This document shows, one piece after another, positions 51,471 through 62,005 of a DNA stretch of 64,000 nt (positions are counted from its first letter, which is position 1; the number at the start of each line of letters is the position of its first letter). Under the pieces are notes generated by a model that searched no databases, had not been told where the DNA came from, and saw nothing but the letters and a program-made list of their open reading frames with translations. Position numbers and translations under genes: made by a program. Source of the stretch: Candidatus Oxydemutatoraceae bacterium. GTDB lineage: Bacteria; Pseudomonadota; Gammaproteobacteria; Poriferisulfidales; Oxydemutatoraceae. Where the stretch lies: NCBI GenBank assembly GCA_965218975.1, contig OZ244717.1:992001-1056000 (forward strand), in the 5' to 3' direction.

Positions 51471-53416
51471 GCGGGTACGTAGCGACAAATCGCAACGCCG
51501 GATTCAGGTGGGATGATGGCCTCGCGGGCCCTGCGCGGAACATCGCAGGGCTGGACTGCACGCCGATACGAGTACTGGCTGGTCCCGGAACGGGCAAAAC
51601 GTTTGCGCTCATGCGGCGGGCCGTGCGCCTCCTGCAAAGCGGCGCGACGGCGAACCGGATGTTGGTCTGTACCTTCACGCGAACGGCCGCGAAGGATCTT
51701 GAAGAGGAATTAGTTCGCCTCAAAGTAGATGGTGTCAATGCCGTACGTGCCGGAACCCTGCACGCTTTTTGCTTCGGTCTGTTGAAGCGAGAAGAAGTTC
51801 TCGAGGCCACTGGCCGCGTCCCGCGTCCGCTTCTAGATTTCGAGGAGCGGTTTCTGATTAAAGACCTGGACGATGATAGATTCGGTGGCGTTCGCGACCG
51901 GCGTCGCCGTCTTCGGGCATTTAATGGGGCGTGGTCACGTCTCCAATCCGAGACACCTGGCTGGCCCAATGATCCCGTCGACCAGGTCTTCCATAGTGAA
52001 CTCATAGGATGGCTTCGATTCCATGAGGCCATGCTCGTAGGAGAACTCATCCCAGAGTCGCTCCGCTATCTGCGAGAGAATCCGGCCTCCCCGCATCGCG
52101 GAGTGTTCGAGCATGTTCTCGTTGACGAGTACCAGGACCTCAACCGGGCGGAACAGGTTCTCCTGGATCTCCTTGCAGAAGCAGGAAACCTTATTGTGAT
52201 CGGCGATGAGGACCAATCCGTTTATTCGTTTAAATTCGCCTATCCGGAGGGCATCGCCACCTTTGACAGATCGCACCCGGGGACCCACGACGAGGAACTC
52301 AAGGACTGTCGACGGTGTCCCCGACGGGTAGTCGAGATGGCGAACACATTGATCGCCAACAATTCGGATAGAACCCAACGCTCCCTCATGCCGTTGTCGG
52401 AGAACCCTGATGGTGAAGTCCTTGTCCTCCAATGGCGCACAACCGAGGCCGAGGCACAAGGGATTGCCGAGATCATTCAGAGAAAAATCCACAACGGGGA
52501 AGTGGAGCCCGGGAAAGTTCTTGTGCTCGCACCGCGCCGTCAGCTCGGTTATGCAGTCCGCGACGCGCTGAATACTCTCCGTGTATACGCCCACAGTTTT
52601 TTCCACGAACAGGCGCTCGATAAAGACGATGCTCAGGAGGCATTCACCTTGCTCATCCTGCTGGCGAACCGGGAGGATCGCGTCGCGCTTCGCTGTTGGT
52701 GCGGTTTCGGAAGCACCACCCTGCGACGCGGTCCTTGGGGCCGCCTGCGCGCGCATTGTGAGGAGAGTGGTGAAATACCTCGTACGGCCTTAGAGCACCT
52801 CGCATCGGGCGATCTGAGCCTCCCCCACACGAGGCCGCTCGTCGAGCGATTCTGCGAGCTACAGGGGCGCCTTGAAGAGCTGGGGCCTATCCGAGGCCAG
52901 GCGCTTGTTGACGCGGTTTTTCCCGAAGAGAAGGATTGGGCGGGCCCTGTGCGCTCCCTGGCATCGGCCATCGAAGGAGACGACTTCGACGCGCAGGAGC
53001 TTCGAGAAATTCTCCGCATCAGAATCACCCAGCCCGAGCTGCCGACCGACGTGGACTACGTCCGCGTGATGAGCCTCCACAAATCGAAGGGACTGACGGC
53101 GGATCTAGTGGCAGTGGTCGGGTGCATTGAAGGTCTTATTCCAACCGCGGTCAACGGCGCATTAGACGATCAGACCGCATCGTTGGAGGAACAGAGACGG
53201 CTCTTCTACGTGGCCGTCACCAGAACGAGACAAGTCCTCATTCTGTCGAGCGTGACGCAGTTGCCGCGAAATCTTGCCTATAGCATGGGAGCAAAGATCC
53301 AAGGAGGAAACCCGGCCTACACCAGGACTATCACGTCGAGATTTCTGTCTGAACTTGGCCCCGCTCGACCTGCTGCCATACGAGGTTCGGATCTTCTCGA
53401 AGGAACGGTGCGGTGA
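51467..53416 (+). CDS. UvrD/Rep-family SF1A helicase; start placed at the GTG overlapping the previous stop
   Basis: VLAGPGTGKT, TFTRTAA, TLHAF, VDEYQD, GDEDQSVY, SLHKSKG, EEQRRLFYVAVTR. Confidence 0.9.
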   Translation: MSGYVATNRNAGFRWDDGLAGPARNIAGLDCTPIRVLAGPGTGKTFALMRRAVRLLQSGATANRMLVCTFTRTAAKDLEEELVRLKVDGVNAVRAGTLHAFCFGLLKREEVLEATGRVPRPLLDFEERFLIKDLDDDRFGGVRDRRRRLRAFNGAWSRLQSETPGWPNDPVDQVFHSELIGWLRFHEAMLVGELIPESLRYLRENPASPHRGVFEHVLVDEYQDLNRAEQVLLDLLAEAGNLIVIGDEDQSVYSFKFAYPEGIATFDRSHPGTHDEELKDCRRCPRRVVEMANTLIANNSDRTQRSLMPLSENPDGEVLVLQWRTTEAEAQGIAEIIQRKIHNGEVEPGKVLVLAPRRQLGYAVRDALNTLRVYAHSFFHEQALDKDDAQEAFTLLILLANREDRVALRCWCGFGSTTLRRGPWGRLRAHCEESGEIPRTALEHLASGDLSLPHTRPLVERFCELQGRLEELGPIRGQALVDAVFPEEKDWAGPVRSLASAIEGDDFDAQELREILRIRITQPELPTDVDYVRVMSLHKSKGLTADLVAVVGCIEGLIPTAVNGALDDQTASLEEQRRLFYVAVTRTRQVLILSSVTQLPRNLAYSMGAKIQGGNPAYTRTITSRFLSELGPARPAAIRGSDLLEGTVR

Positions 53417-56376
53417 ATAGGGCACGCAATAACACTAACGGTTGCTCAAGGCTGATTGAGGTGGCGCTTCCCATTCGGGAGATCTCTGCCGAGAGCGTAC
53501 GCGACAAGAACATTCGTCACGGGCACATCAGCTGTCTGCATATCTGGTGGGCGCGGCGCCCCCTGGCGGTATCGCGCGCCGTGGTCTTTGCTTCGCTCGT
53601 GCCTGATCCCGACGATCAGCGGTGCCCGGCGGACTTCCGCGCAGCGGTGGAACGACACCTCAGGACGCACGTGCCGGAGCTGCTCAAGCACTATCGTCGC
53701 GGCAAAAAGGATCGTCGTGACGAGGACCCGTATCACCCCTATGACGGTATTAAAGACACGTTGCGAAATCGCCTCCTGATGTTCATCGCCAAGTGGTCGC
53801 CGGAGGCGCTGGCGTTCGAGGCTGGAAAGCGCAAAAGCCCGGCCTCTCCGAAAGAACTGCTCGACGACCGCTCCTTGGTGAAGTGGGAGACCTCCGATCC
53901 GGACAATGTCCAAGGGTTGGCGGTCCTTCGCATTGCTCGTGAGCTCGTGAGGGTTGCCCATGGCGGGAATGTTCCAACCGTACTTGATCCGTTCGCCGGC
54001 GGTGGCGCGATCCCGCTCGAGGCGGGCCGGCTTGGCTGCCAAGCCATTGCCAACGACTACAATCCGGTCGCGCATTTAATTCTCCGGGCCACGTGCGAAT
54101 GGCCGCAGAACTACGGCAAGCCCGGTATGAGAAAGGAGCTCAGCGAGGAGCTTGGCAAAAAGGCTGAGAGAAGCATCCCGGTTTCCAACGTTCTCGTCTA
54201 TGACCTAAAGAAGTGGGCGGACCGGATCCTGGACCAGGTACGACAAAAGATCAAGCATCTGTATCCTGCGGGGAAGGATGGTCGGCCGGTTCTGGCGTAT
54301 CTCTGGGTGCGGACAGTGCCTTGCTCCAATCCTTCATGTCAGGGGCAGATTCCGTTGCTGCGCAGCCTCGTCGTTCGCAGCAAGGCGCCAAAGGTCGCTC
54401 TCACTCTCGACATTGATCGGGAGAGAAAGAAGGTCTCGTTTGGAATTGCTAGGGGTGAGGCGATTAAGAGAACGGATGGAACCAAGCGCCCGAGGGGCCC
54501 GGTGGTTTGTCCCTACTGTGATCAGCGCACGTCAGAGAAAGAGATTCGCTTGGCCGCCCGCGCGGGCCGAATGAACGAGCAGATGGTTGCTGTCATCACG
54601 GAAGGTAAGGATGGCAAGCAATACCGGCCGGTTGAGGAAGTTGATCTCAGGGCAGTTAAATACGCAACGACGATCAAGGCGGAAGTTCCCGGCGAGTACA
54701 TCGTTCCCGAGATCAACGGCCCGGAAGCTGCATCCGATTCTGGCGCTCACCGAAGTATCAGTCTTGAACTATACGGCTTCACACGTTGGGGACAACTATT
54801 CACTCATCGCCAGCTTGTGGCCGTGCAGGCTTTTGTTGTCTCCCTCCATGAAGCATTGGAGGCGATGGAGCAGGCTATTCATGACAAGACCTATCGCCTT
54901 GGGCTCGGGCTTTACCTTGGATTGTGGCTAGATCGAATCGCATCTTTCGCCACGAATGTGTGCCGATGGGCGCCTGGTAGCCAGATTATCAAGACGCCGT
55001 TCGGCGGACAAGCTATCCCGATGATCTGGGATTACCCGGAGGTTAATCCGCTTGCCGACAGTTCCGGGACGGCGTCCACTCAGCTTAAGTATATGCTCAA
55101 AGTTATAGAGCGCGAGCGAAACTCCAGCAGATCGAGCAGCACAAAGCCGACCATCCTACTTGGCAATGCCGCGTCGTTGCCGCTCGATTCTGAATCTGTG
55201 GATTGCGTCGTTACCGATCCTCCGTACGGCAACTCCATCGCATACGCCGATCTTTCTGACTTCTTCTATGTTTGGTTAAAACGAGCGCTGGGAGACGCAT
55301 TTCCAATTGTGTTTCGCGCTCCTCAGACACCGAAGGACCAAGAGGCCACGAGTCACAAACACCGCCACAACGGCTCGCAGGAGCGCGCAAATGCCTTCTA
55401 TCGAAGGATGCTTCGAGATAGCTTCAGAGATAGTAAGCGCGTGGCGAAGGATTCCTCGCTCGTCATCGTCATGTTTGCGCACCAATCCATTGATGCATGG
55501 ATTGCTTTGCTCTCCGCTCTGTTCGAGGCAGGGCTCTCGCCTGATGCGACTTGGCCGATTGCAACAGAGATGCCCAACACTGCTCTTGCGATGGGAACCG
55601 CCTCGTTGGAGACGTCGGTGACCGTCGCCTGCCGGCCTCGGGTCGTCGGGAGCGCGGTTTCCTTCCGGCAGGTTCGCGCTGAGATTCAAGACGTCGTACA
55701 ACACGCCGTAAAGCGCTTCTGGTCCTATGGCTTTCGCGGCGCTGATCTCATTGTCGCCTGCTATGGCCCCGCAGTGGGCGTGTTCGGCAGGTACGAGCGG
55801 GTGGAGAAGGCGGACGGGACGCCGGTCGGCATTCCCGAACTCCTCAATCTCGCCAAGCGAGCCGCTCGGGACGCCATTGCAGGCGAGTTTCGCGGGGATA
55901 GCCTATCAACGCTCTACTACGTGTGGGCCAATCTCTACGGTACGGCAGAGCAAGCTTGGGACGATGCCCGGTTGGTGGTCCAGATCGGGGGAGATGAGGA
56001 CAACGCTATGGAAATTGCTCGCCAGCACGGAATCTTCATCGTAAGCGGCGCTAAGTGCCGGCTTGCCGTTCTCGAGGACCGCGCCGGCCGCCAGAGTCTA
56101 GGCATTGACCAGGACTCGCCCCACATTGATGCACTCCATCACAGCATGCTTCTCTGGAAGAAGGAAATGCGAAAGGACCTGGTCAAGTACCTCGGCAAGC
56201 ACGACCTATTGGAGGACGGCCCGTTTTGGAAACTGGCGCAGGCGCTATTTGAGGTTCTGCCTCGCGACTTACAGGATTGGAAGCTAGTCAACGCTCTGCT
56301 CGGCGAACGCCAGACACTGCGCATGGAGGGAAGGAGCATGGCATACAGAGACGAGCAAGAGGAACTAACTGTTTAA
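53413..56376 (+). CDS. DUF1156-domain adenine-specific DNA methyltransferase with Zn ribbon
   Basis: LIEVALP, LHIWWARRPL (DUF1156), motif I DPFAGGG, CSNPSC..CPYC, motif IV TDPPY. Confidence 0.9.
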   Translation: MNRARNNTNGCSRLIEVALPIREISAESVRDKNIRHGHISCLHIWWARRPLAVSRAVVFASLVPDPDDQRCPADFRAAVERHLRTHVPELLKHYRRGKKDRRDEDPYHPYDGIKDTLRNRLLMFIAKWSPEALAFEAGKRKSPASPKELLDDRSLVKWETSDPDNVQGLAVLRIARELVRVAHGGNVPTVLDPFAGGGAIPLEAGRLGCQAIANDYNPVAHLILRATCEWPQNYGKPGMRKELSEELGKKAERSIPVSNVLVYDLKKWADRILDQVRQKIKHLYPAGKDGRPVLAYLWVRTVPCSNPSCQGQIPLLRSLVVRSKAPKVALTLDIDRERKKVSFGIARGEAIKRTDGTKRPRGPVVCPYCDQRTSEKEIRLAARAGRMNEQMVAVITEGKDGKQYRPVEEVDLRAVKYATTIKAEVPGEYIVPEINGPEAASDSGAHRSISLELYGFTRWGQLFTHRQLVAVQAFVVSLHEALEAMEQAIHDKTYRLGLGLYLGLWLDRIASFATNVCRWAPGSQIIKTPFGGQAIPMIWDYPEVNPLADSSGTASTQLKYMLKVIERERNSSRSSSTKPTILLGNAASLPLDSESVDCVVTDPPYGNSIAYADLSDFFYVWLKRALGDAFPIVFRAPQTPKDQEATSHKHRHNGSQERANAFYRRMLRDSFRDSKRVAKDSSLVIVMFAHQSIDAWIALLSALFEAGLSPDATWPIATEMPNTALAMGTASLETSVTVACRPRVVGSAVSFRQVRAEIQDVVQHAVKRFWSYGFRGADLIVACYGPAVGVFGRYERVEKADGTPVGIPELLNLAKRAARDAIAGEFRGDSLSTLYYVWANLYGTAEQAWDDARLVVQIGGDEDNAMEIARQHGIFIVSGAKCRLAVLEDRAGRQSLGIDQDSPHIDALHHSMLLWKKEMRKDLVKYLGKHDLLEDGPFWKLAQALFEVLPRDLQDWKLVNALLGERQTLRMEGRSMAYRDEQEELTV

Positions 56377-56394
56377 CTAAGGAGGTGATGGTTT

Positions 56395-59244
56395 GTGACG
56401 AATGAAACGCTCAAGCCTTGGTATGCTGTTGCGACGCCCCACAAGGATATTCGAGAGGGGCGTCTCGCCGAGGCGATATTCGCCGCCGACATCTGGGCAG
56501 TGATCCAGGGAACGGCGCCTGAGGTCTATCTGGACGCCGAGGAGTTTTTCCGCAAGACCTACATGACGACCGGATTGTCCACGATGATCAACCGGGTCGC
56601 GGGAGCGCTGAGCCGCGCAGGTGACACCGGGGACCGCATCGTTAGTCTTCAGACCGCCTTCGGCGGCGGCAAGACACACACATTGGTAGCGCTATGGCAT
56701 TTGGCGCGGCACGCCGATCGGCTCCAGGACTCGCCTCATGCGGAACACCTTCGGCAAGCCGTTGGCGGGCGACTGCCCGAGGAAGTGAACGGTATTGCCG
56801 TGTTCACCAACCAGACCTGCGACGCGACCCAGGGGCACAAGGTCGCCGACGGAGTTCACCTGCGCACGTTGTGGGGCGAGTTAGCGTACCAGCTCGGCGG
56901 GCGGGCGCTCTATGAGCGTGTGCGAGCAAACGACGAGAGCCGGCGGGTTCCGCAGGGACTCTTCGTCGAAATCCTGAAGGCTGCATCGCCATGCCTGATT
57001 CTCTTGGACGAACTGGCTGACTACTGCGTGGGGGCAGCGGGGGTGCCCGTCGGAGATACGAGTCTTGCCGATCAAACCGTTTCCTTCATCCAGCAGCTCA
57101 CCGAGTCCGTGCAGCAAGTCCCGGGTGCGGTCGTGATCGCGACCCTACCAGGAAGCAAGTACGAAGTGGCGCAGAGCGAGAAGGCACAGGAAGCCTTCGT
57201 GACGCTGGAAAAACGTTTCCAGCGTCTTGGTGCCGACGTCAAGCCGGTCGGGGACCGGGAGATCCATGAGGTTGTCCGTGCCCGACTGTTCGAATCCATC
57301 GCGCCTCAGAATGAGCCGGACTATCCCGCGAAAGTTGCCCAAGCCTATCAGGGCATGTATGCGTCGCATGCCAACGAGGTGCCTCCGGAAGCTGCCAAGA
57401 ACACCTACCGGGAGCAGATCCGGCGCGCGTATCCCTTCCACCCGCTGCTCATCGATACGCTTTACACTCGTTGGGGCAGCCATCCTGACTTCCAGCGAAC
57501 GCGCGGCGTATTGCGTCTGTTGGCGAGTATCGTTGAGGATCTTTGGAAACGTCGGCAAGGAAACACGCGAACGCAGCACCTGATCCAGCCGTGCGACGTG
57601 CGCTGGTCCATTGATGCTGCACAGGCAGTGTTGACGCGCCTTTGGGGGTCGTCGTACCAGTCTGTTGCCGCCGCCGACGTTATCGGGGATAAATCTAATT
57701 CCGGCGCCTTTGACGAGGAACGTGGAGGTAGCTACCGGAGCGAGGCCATCGGTCAAGGGCTGGCGTCCGCTATTCTTCTTGGCTCGTTTGGAGGGCAAGG
57801 GGGCCGAAGCGGATTCACCTCCAAGGACCTGAAGCTCGCGTGTTCGCGGCGAGGTCTGAATTGGAACTATGGCGACGGCGCATTGCTGGAGCTGGAGAAC
57901 AGGTGCTTCTATCTCCACACGACAATGGCTGGAAACCTAGGGAAGCGATACTGGTTCGGGACGAAGCCGACGCTCAACAAGCTGGTGGTCCAGTACCGTC
58001 AGCAGAGCGCGAACCGATACTTCAACGAAGCGATCACCGAGGACCTTCGAACGGAGTCCCAGAAAGGTGCCCTGGCCGGCGCGACGTGGCGCGTAATCGT
58101 CAATCCCGGGCAGGATCTACCGGAGCAGAAGTCTCTCTCGGTGCTGATCCTACCGCCAGCGCTTGCCTGGGACGAGAACGGGGGCGCGAAGGATGCGGTC
58201 CGGGAAAGGGTGAAGTCCATCAGCGCCAAGTGCGGTGCCAGGGATCGCTTGTACCGCAATACACTCGTTTTCCTTGCAGGCACCGCGCGCGGGCTCCGTA
58301 AACTGCGGCAGGCTTATCAGAAGCGCGTCGCTCTCGAGGGAGTCCGCGCGGATTACTGGGTCCAGCTCGACAACGAGCAGCAAGACGATCTCAAGAAGCG
58401 CCTCGACATCGCGGATCGGGCAGCTTTGGCGGCGCTAGGCGCAGCGTACACGGTCGCTCTGCACGTACGCGGGCAGGACGTGGAAGATTGTTCTCTCTCC
58501 GATGCGCGACACAGCTTCCAGGAACATCTCGGATACGTCTGGACGACGTTGGTCGAAGACGAAGAGTGGATTCTGCGTCGCGTCGGCTCGGTCACCTTGC
58601 AAGACACCGGCATGATCCCCAAGGAAGGTGGACTCCGTTTGAAGGAAGCAGTCGAGGCTTTCCTGCGATTCACCGACAAGCCGATGGTTGCAACCAAGGA
58701 TGCTGTAACCGTCGGATTGGCGCGGGCGTGCGAGGACGGGCTCTTGGGCATCGGTCGCGGTGGAGGCGTTTCCTCGCTTCTAACGCGGCACTGTCGACAG
58801 CCGGTCTCGCTCGACCCGACCGAGGACGGTGTCTGGATCATCCCGTCCTTCAATCCTATACCTGCGACAGAGTCCGGAGACGAGGAGACACGCGGCACCG
58901 GCATCGACGAAGGACAGACGGGCTACAGCCCCGGTGCGGATGGGGGGACAAGAACTGTTACCGGCGAAGATGGCGGCGAAACCACTACAGACCTGGAAAC
59001 TTCCGACAAGGGCGCGGTTCGGCGCTTTGTCGTTCAGGGTGAGGTACCCGTCGAAAGTTGGGCCGATCTTTTCCGCTGCTTCGTCGGCCCCGCAGCGCAG
59101 ATGCGTTTGAAGAAGCTTGGGCTCGGTGTCCGGTTCGAGATGGTGCTCCCGGAAAACGGGGCGTTGAGCGAAGACGATCCGACGCTCAAGGCAATGAAGG
59201 AGGCCGCGAGACAGCTGGGTCTGACGCTCCGGTTCGAGGATTAA
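56395..59244 (+). CDS. DUF499-family AAA+ ATPase
   Basis: [43 protein letters not shown]; AAGGAGGTG Shine-Dalgarno upstream of GTG. Confidence 0.9.
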   Translation: MTNETLKPWYAVATPHKDIREGRLAEAIFAADIWAVIQGTAPEVYLDAEEFFRKTYMTTGLSTMINRVAGALSRAGDTGDRIVSLQTAFGGGKTHTLVALWHLARHADRLQDSPHAEHLRQAVGGRLPEEVNGIAVFTNQTCDATQGHKVADGVHLRTLWGELAYQLGGRALYERVRANDESRRVPQGLFVEILKAASPCLILLDELADYCVGAAGVPVGDTSLADQTVSFIQQLTESVQQVPGAVVIATLPGSKYEVAQSEKAQEAFVTLEKRFQRLGADVKPVGDREIHEVVRARLFESIAPQNEPDYPAKVAQAYQGMYASHANEVPPEAAKNTYREQIRRAYPFHPLLIDTLYTRWGSHPDFQRTRGVLRLLASIVEDLWKRRQGNTRTQHLIQPCDVRWSIDAAQAVLTRLWGSSYQSVAAADVIGDKSNSGAFDEERGGSYRSEAIGQGLASAILLGSFGGQGGRSGFTSKDLKLACSRRGLNWNYGDGALLELENRCFYLHTTMAGNLGKRYWFGTKPTLNKLVVQYRQQSANRYFNEAITEDLRTESQKGALAGATWRVIVNPGQDLPEQKSLSVLILPPALAWDENGGAKDAVRERVKSISAKCGARDRLYRNTLVFLAGTARGLRKLRQAYQKRVALEGVRADYWVQLDNEQQDDLKKRLDIADRAALAALGAAYTVALHVRGQDVEDCSLSDARHSFQEHLGYVWTTLVEDEEWILRRVGSVTLQDTGMIPKEGGLRLKEAVEAFLRFTDKPMVATKDAVTVGLARACEDGLLGIGRGGGVSSLLTRHCRQPVSLDPTEDGVWIIPSFNPIPATESGDEETRGTGIDEGQTGYSPGADGGTRTVTGEDGGETTTDLETSDKGAVRRFVVQGEVPVESWADLFRCFVGPAAQMRLKKLGLGVRFEMVLPENGALSEDDPTLKAMKEAARQLGLTLRFED

Positions 59245-59305
59245 GATCAATACTCTACTAAAATTAATCCCGTTCAGGCAATGGCAAATTCGTGTTAAAT
59301 CAGCA

Positions 59306-59890
59306 GTGTCCACACAAATGACTTCCCCTATGGTGCATCACGTGCTGCATAAGAGTTTATTGCCTCCGTACCCGAAGGCGACTGAAGAAATTTTATTTGG
59401 GTTGGGTTGTTTCTGGGGGGCGGAACGTTATTTTTGGCAGCTACCCGGAGTGTATGTCACGATGGTCGGTTATGCGGGCGGGCGCGTACCCAACCCGACT
59501 TACCGTGAGGTCTGTTCCGGCACGACCGGTCATTGCGAAGCGGTGCGTGTTATATATGACCCCGGGCTTGTTTCCACGGATGCTTTGTTGAAGGTTTTTT
59601 GGGAAGCGCATGATCCGACGCAAGGCATGCGCCAGGGCAATGACATCGGCACGCAATACCGCTCGGCCATTTATGCCATGACTCCTGCGCAACTGCATCG
59701 CGCTCGCGCCTCAAAGGATCATTACCGGAAATTATTGGCGGCGGCGCAGCGGGGGAAGATCACTACGGAAATCGCGCTCGCGCAGCCGTTTTACTATGCC
59801 GAAGATTACCATCAACAATACCTGGCAAAAAATCCTGGCGGATATTGCGGTTTAGGCGGCACGGGTGTCGCTTTTACCGAAAACTTTTAG
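59306..59890 (+). CDS. msrA: Peptide-methionine (S)-S-oxide reductase
   Basis: [51 protein letters not shown]. Confidence 0.95.
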   Translation: MSTQMTSPMVHHVLHKSLLPPYPKATEEILFGLGCFWGAERYFWQLPGVYVTMVGYAGGRVPNPTYREVCSGTTGHCEAVRVIYDPGLVSTDALLKVFWEAHDPTQGMRQGNDIGTQYRSAIYAMTPAQLHRARASKDHYRKLLAAAQRGKITTEIALAQPFYYAEDYHQQYLAKNPGGYCGLGGTGVAFTENF

Positions 59891-60556
59891 CACGAACGCA
59901 TACCTCAAAGCGACTTCCTTGAGGTAATCAAAACGCCCGGCCGCACCCGCATGCCCGGCCGATAAATTTGTTTTCAGCAGGAGCAGATTATCGTCGGTCT
60001 TTAACGTGCGCAGTTTCGCAACCCACTTTGCGGGCTCCCAATACGTGACCCTGGCGTCGCTGATGCCGGCGGTGACTAATATCGCCGGGTAATTCTTTGC
60101 CGCAACGTTGTCGTAAGGGGAATAGTCGGCAATATATGTAAATGAGTCCCGATCGACAATCGGATTACCCCATTCCTCCCATTCCGGCGGCGTCAGCGGC
60201 AGACTGTCGTCGCAAATCGTATTCAGCACGTCCACGAACGGCACGTCGGCAAGTGCGGCGCGGAATAATCCCGGGGCCTGATTTAGCACTGCGCCGATCA
60301 GCAAGCCGCCCGCCGAACCGCCGTGAATCGCAATTTCACCCGGGGCGCAAAACCCTGCGTCAACGAGGGGCTTTGCCACCGTGATGAAATCGTTTTCGCT
60401 TTCCAGATAGCTGCGGATTTTTGTATCCAGCGCGGCGGGGTTTTTAATCACTGCCTGCCAATCGGGGTCGCGCAGCCATGCGTAGTCATCGGTCCACGTA
60501 CGGCCGTGGCGTTGATGCCGAACGGGTTTTTTATCGGTGCGCGGGGGTGTCGGCAT
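59852..60556 (-). pseudogene. ptrB: Oligopeptidase B (S9A) with a large in-frame internal deletion
   Basis: N-terminal HGRTWTDDYAWLRD...YLESEN joined directly to DFIT...GGSAGG, PLTPPEWEEWGNP, YSPYDN, DARVTYWEPAKW, GHAG. Confidence 0.8.
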
Positions 60557-60563
60557 ACTACTT

Positions 60564-61112
60564 TTACAATATGAACTCACGCAGGGGACGATAGCGCGCG
60601 CCATCTTCACTGAGGATGGATTGCATCAGCAGGAAACGTTCGACGGGGAACTCAATGACCGGCGCGTCTTCGGGAATATTTGCCAATGCGGATTTTCTCA
60701 GCAGGGTTACGTGCGGACAGAACTTTTGCCACGAACCGAAGCCACAAGGCGTTAACGCACGATGTAGCCGCCGGTATAGTTCGACCAGGGGCTTGTCGGC
60801 AGCAGCAGCACCGATCCATACGGTTTGCCGTTTGACGAAGACACCGTACTAATCGAGCCGCACGGCAAAAGGCCGCATGCGCACCTCGGCAGCGGCTGTT
60901 TCCAGGCACTGCTGGTATTGTGCGGACGCCCCACCGATAAACGCCAGAGTAATGTGCAGATTTTCCGCCGGCACCGCGCGCGCCTGCGCCGAGACGACTT
61001 TGTGCTGCGCTTCCAGCAAAGACACGACTGTCGGCTCATTCGGTTTGATTGCAAAGAACAACCGCCTCTGCGCACGCCGTTTGTGCGCACGCCGTTTCCG
61101 TATATCCTGCAT
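60564..61112 (-). pseudogene. thpR: RNA 2',3'-cyclic phosphodiesterase (2H family) with an internal TAG at 60849-60851
   Basis: RLFFAI, NLHITLAFIG, then after the stop the same frame continues to PHVTLLRK and F.LMQS......Y. Confidence 0.85.
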
Positions 61113-61143
61113 AATCCCATAGTATAATGCGTCTCCTTCGGAT

Positions 61144-61219
61144 GGGGCGGTAGCTCAGCTGGGAGAGCGTCGCGTTCGCATCGCGAAGGTCGGGAGTTCG
61201 AATCTCCTTCGCTCCACCA
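61144..61219 (+). tRNA. tRNA-Ala(CGC)
   Basis: 76-nt cloverleaf GGGGCGG...CTCCACCA, G3:U70 pair, anticodon loop TTCGCAT, T-loop GTTCGAATC. Confidence 0.95.
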
Positions 61220-61483
61220 AAGACGATTGGCTACCTCGTCCGGCGCTTCAAGTCGGTGGCTTGAGGGATTTTTAATCTTTGAAAAGATTTTCTTCCGAAA
61301 TAAAATTTCGGACTCGGTTGGTTTTTATTGAAAAGCTTTCTGCTTTGATGGTTCTTTCTAATCTCTACCTAAAAATTGAAAATTTAGAATCTCGTCCACT
61401 TCGGCTATTCCACAGGAGTAATTTTTATCCCGCCAGTCTTTTACTTCTGCTTTTAGTTTTGCTAGGAAGCGGTTCATAATTTA

Positions 61484-62005
61484 TTAAAAATTCCACCTTT
61501 GTTGTTCCATAAACTTTTGCGGCAATACGCATTCAACATTGTAGTGTTTGCATATATCTGGGATTTTATAAGCGCCCTGTATTTCTTCTTTTCTTTTCTT
61601 TTTGTTGCCGGCTTTTCTTGTTGGTGCCGGCTTTTCTCTTGTAACCACGATGCTTTGATTAGCAATTGCTTTGGCGATAACAAAGGGGTCGGCGACGGGA
61701 TTGCCTTTCATGGTTTGTTTTTTTGAGATAAGTGTTTGAAATTCGCGATTTTGAAATATGCCTCTCACCACATTTTGTTCTTCCGGTGTAGGGTTAGTAA
61801 AGATATTCCTATTGTTGCTTATCCAGTTTGCAAGATGCTCTTGTTCCCCCTTATATTGCTCCAGTTCTGCCCTAACTTGCTCTACGGATGAAATAATTTC
61901 CTGACTAACAGCCTCATTTAATTTTTTCCAAAATGAGGGAAAAGTCTCGGGATAATAATCACGACTAATAATGAAAAAACCTGTATCAAGGACGTAAGTA
62001 TTCAC
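61484..62005 (-). CDS. DUF4411-like PIN-domain protein
   Basis: YVLDT..FI....YYP..FPSFW, V..EL, ADPFVIAKA, VVT.E, KIPDIC. Confidence 0.85.
   Translation of the reverse strand: MNTYVLDTGFFIISRDYYPETFPSFWKKLNEAVSQEIISSVEQVRAELEQYKGEQEHLANWISNNRNIFTNPTPEEQNVVRGIFQNREFQTLISKKQTMKGNPVADPFVIAKAIANQSIVVTREKPAPTRKAGNKKKRKEEIQGAYKIPDICKHYNVECVLPQKFMEQQRWNF

Larger units (their letters stand above)
37200..59270. mobile_element. Defence island between mutL and msrA (boundaries approximate)
   Basis: Visible shift to GC-richer sequence; R-M, SIR2, Fic, helicase and methylase cargo; synteny break after mutL. No integrase or att repeat seen. Confidence 0.65.

Noticed and set aside
47526-53416. Calling the ATPase + UvrD pair Gabija, or the SNF2 gene DISARM
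   Set aside because: No TOPRIM domain in the ATPase, and no DrmA, DrmB or DrmC equivalents are visible.
37193-59305. att-like direct repeats or an integrase bounding the island
   Set aside because: No convincing repeat pair or recombinase gene found by eye; a computational repeat search is needed.
41360-60851. Stop-codon reassignment to explain the internal TGA (SIR2, IS481) and TAG (thpR)
   Set aside because: TGA and TAG end core genes at their expected C-termini (thiC and mutL TAG, slt and adk TGA), so the standard code applies.
61279-61479. 66-aa ORF after tRNA-Ala
   Set aside because: TTG start, AT-rich low-complexity sequence, no motif.
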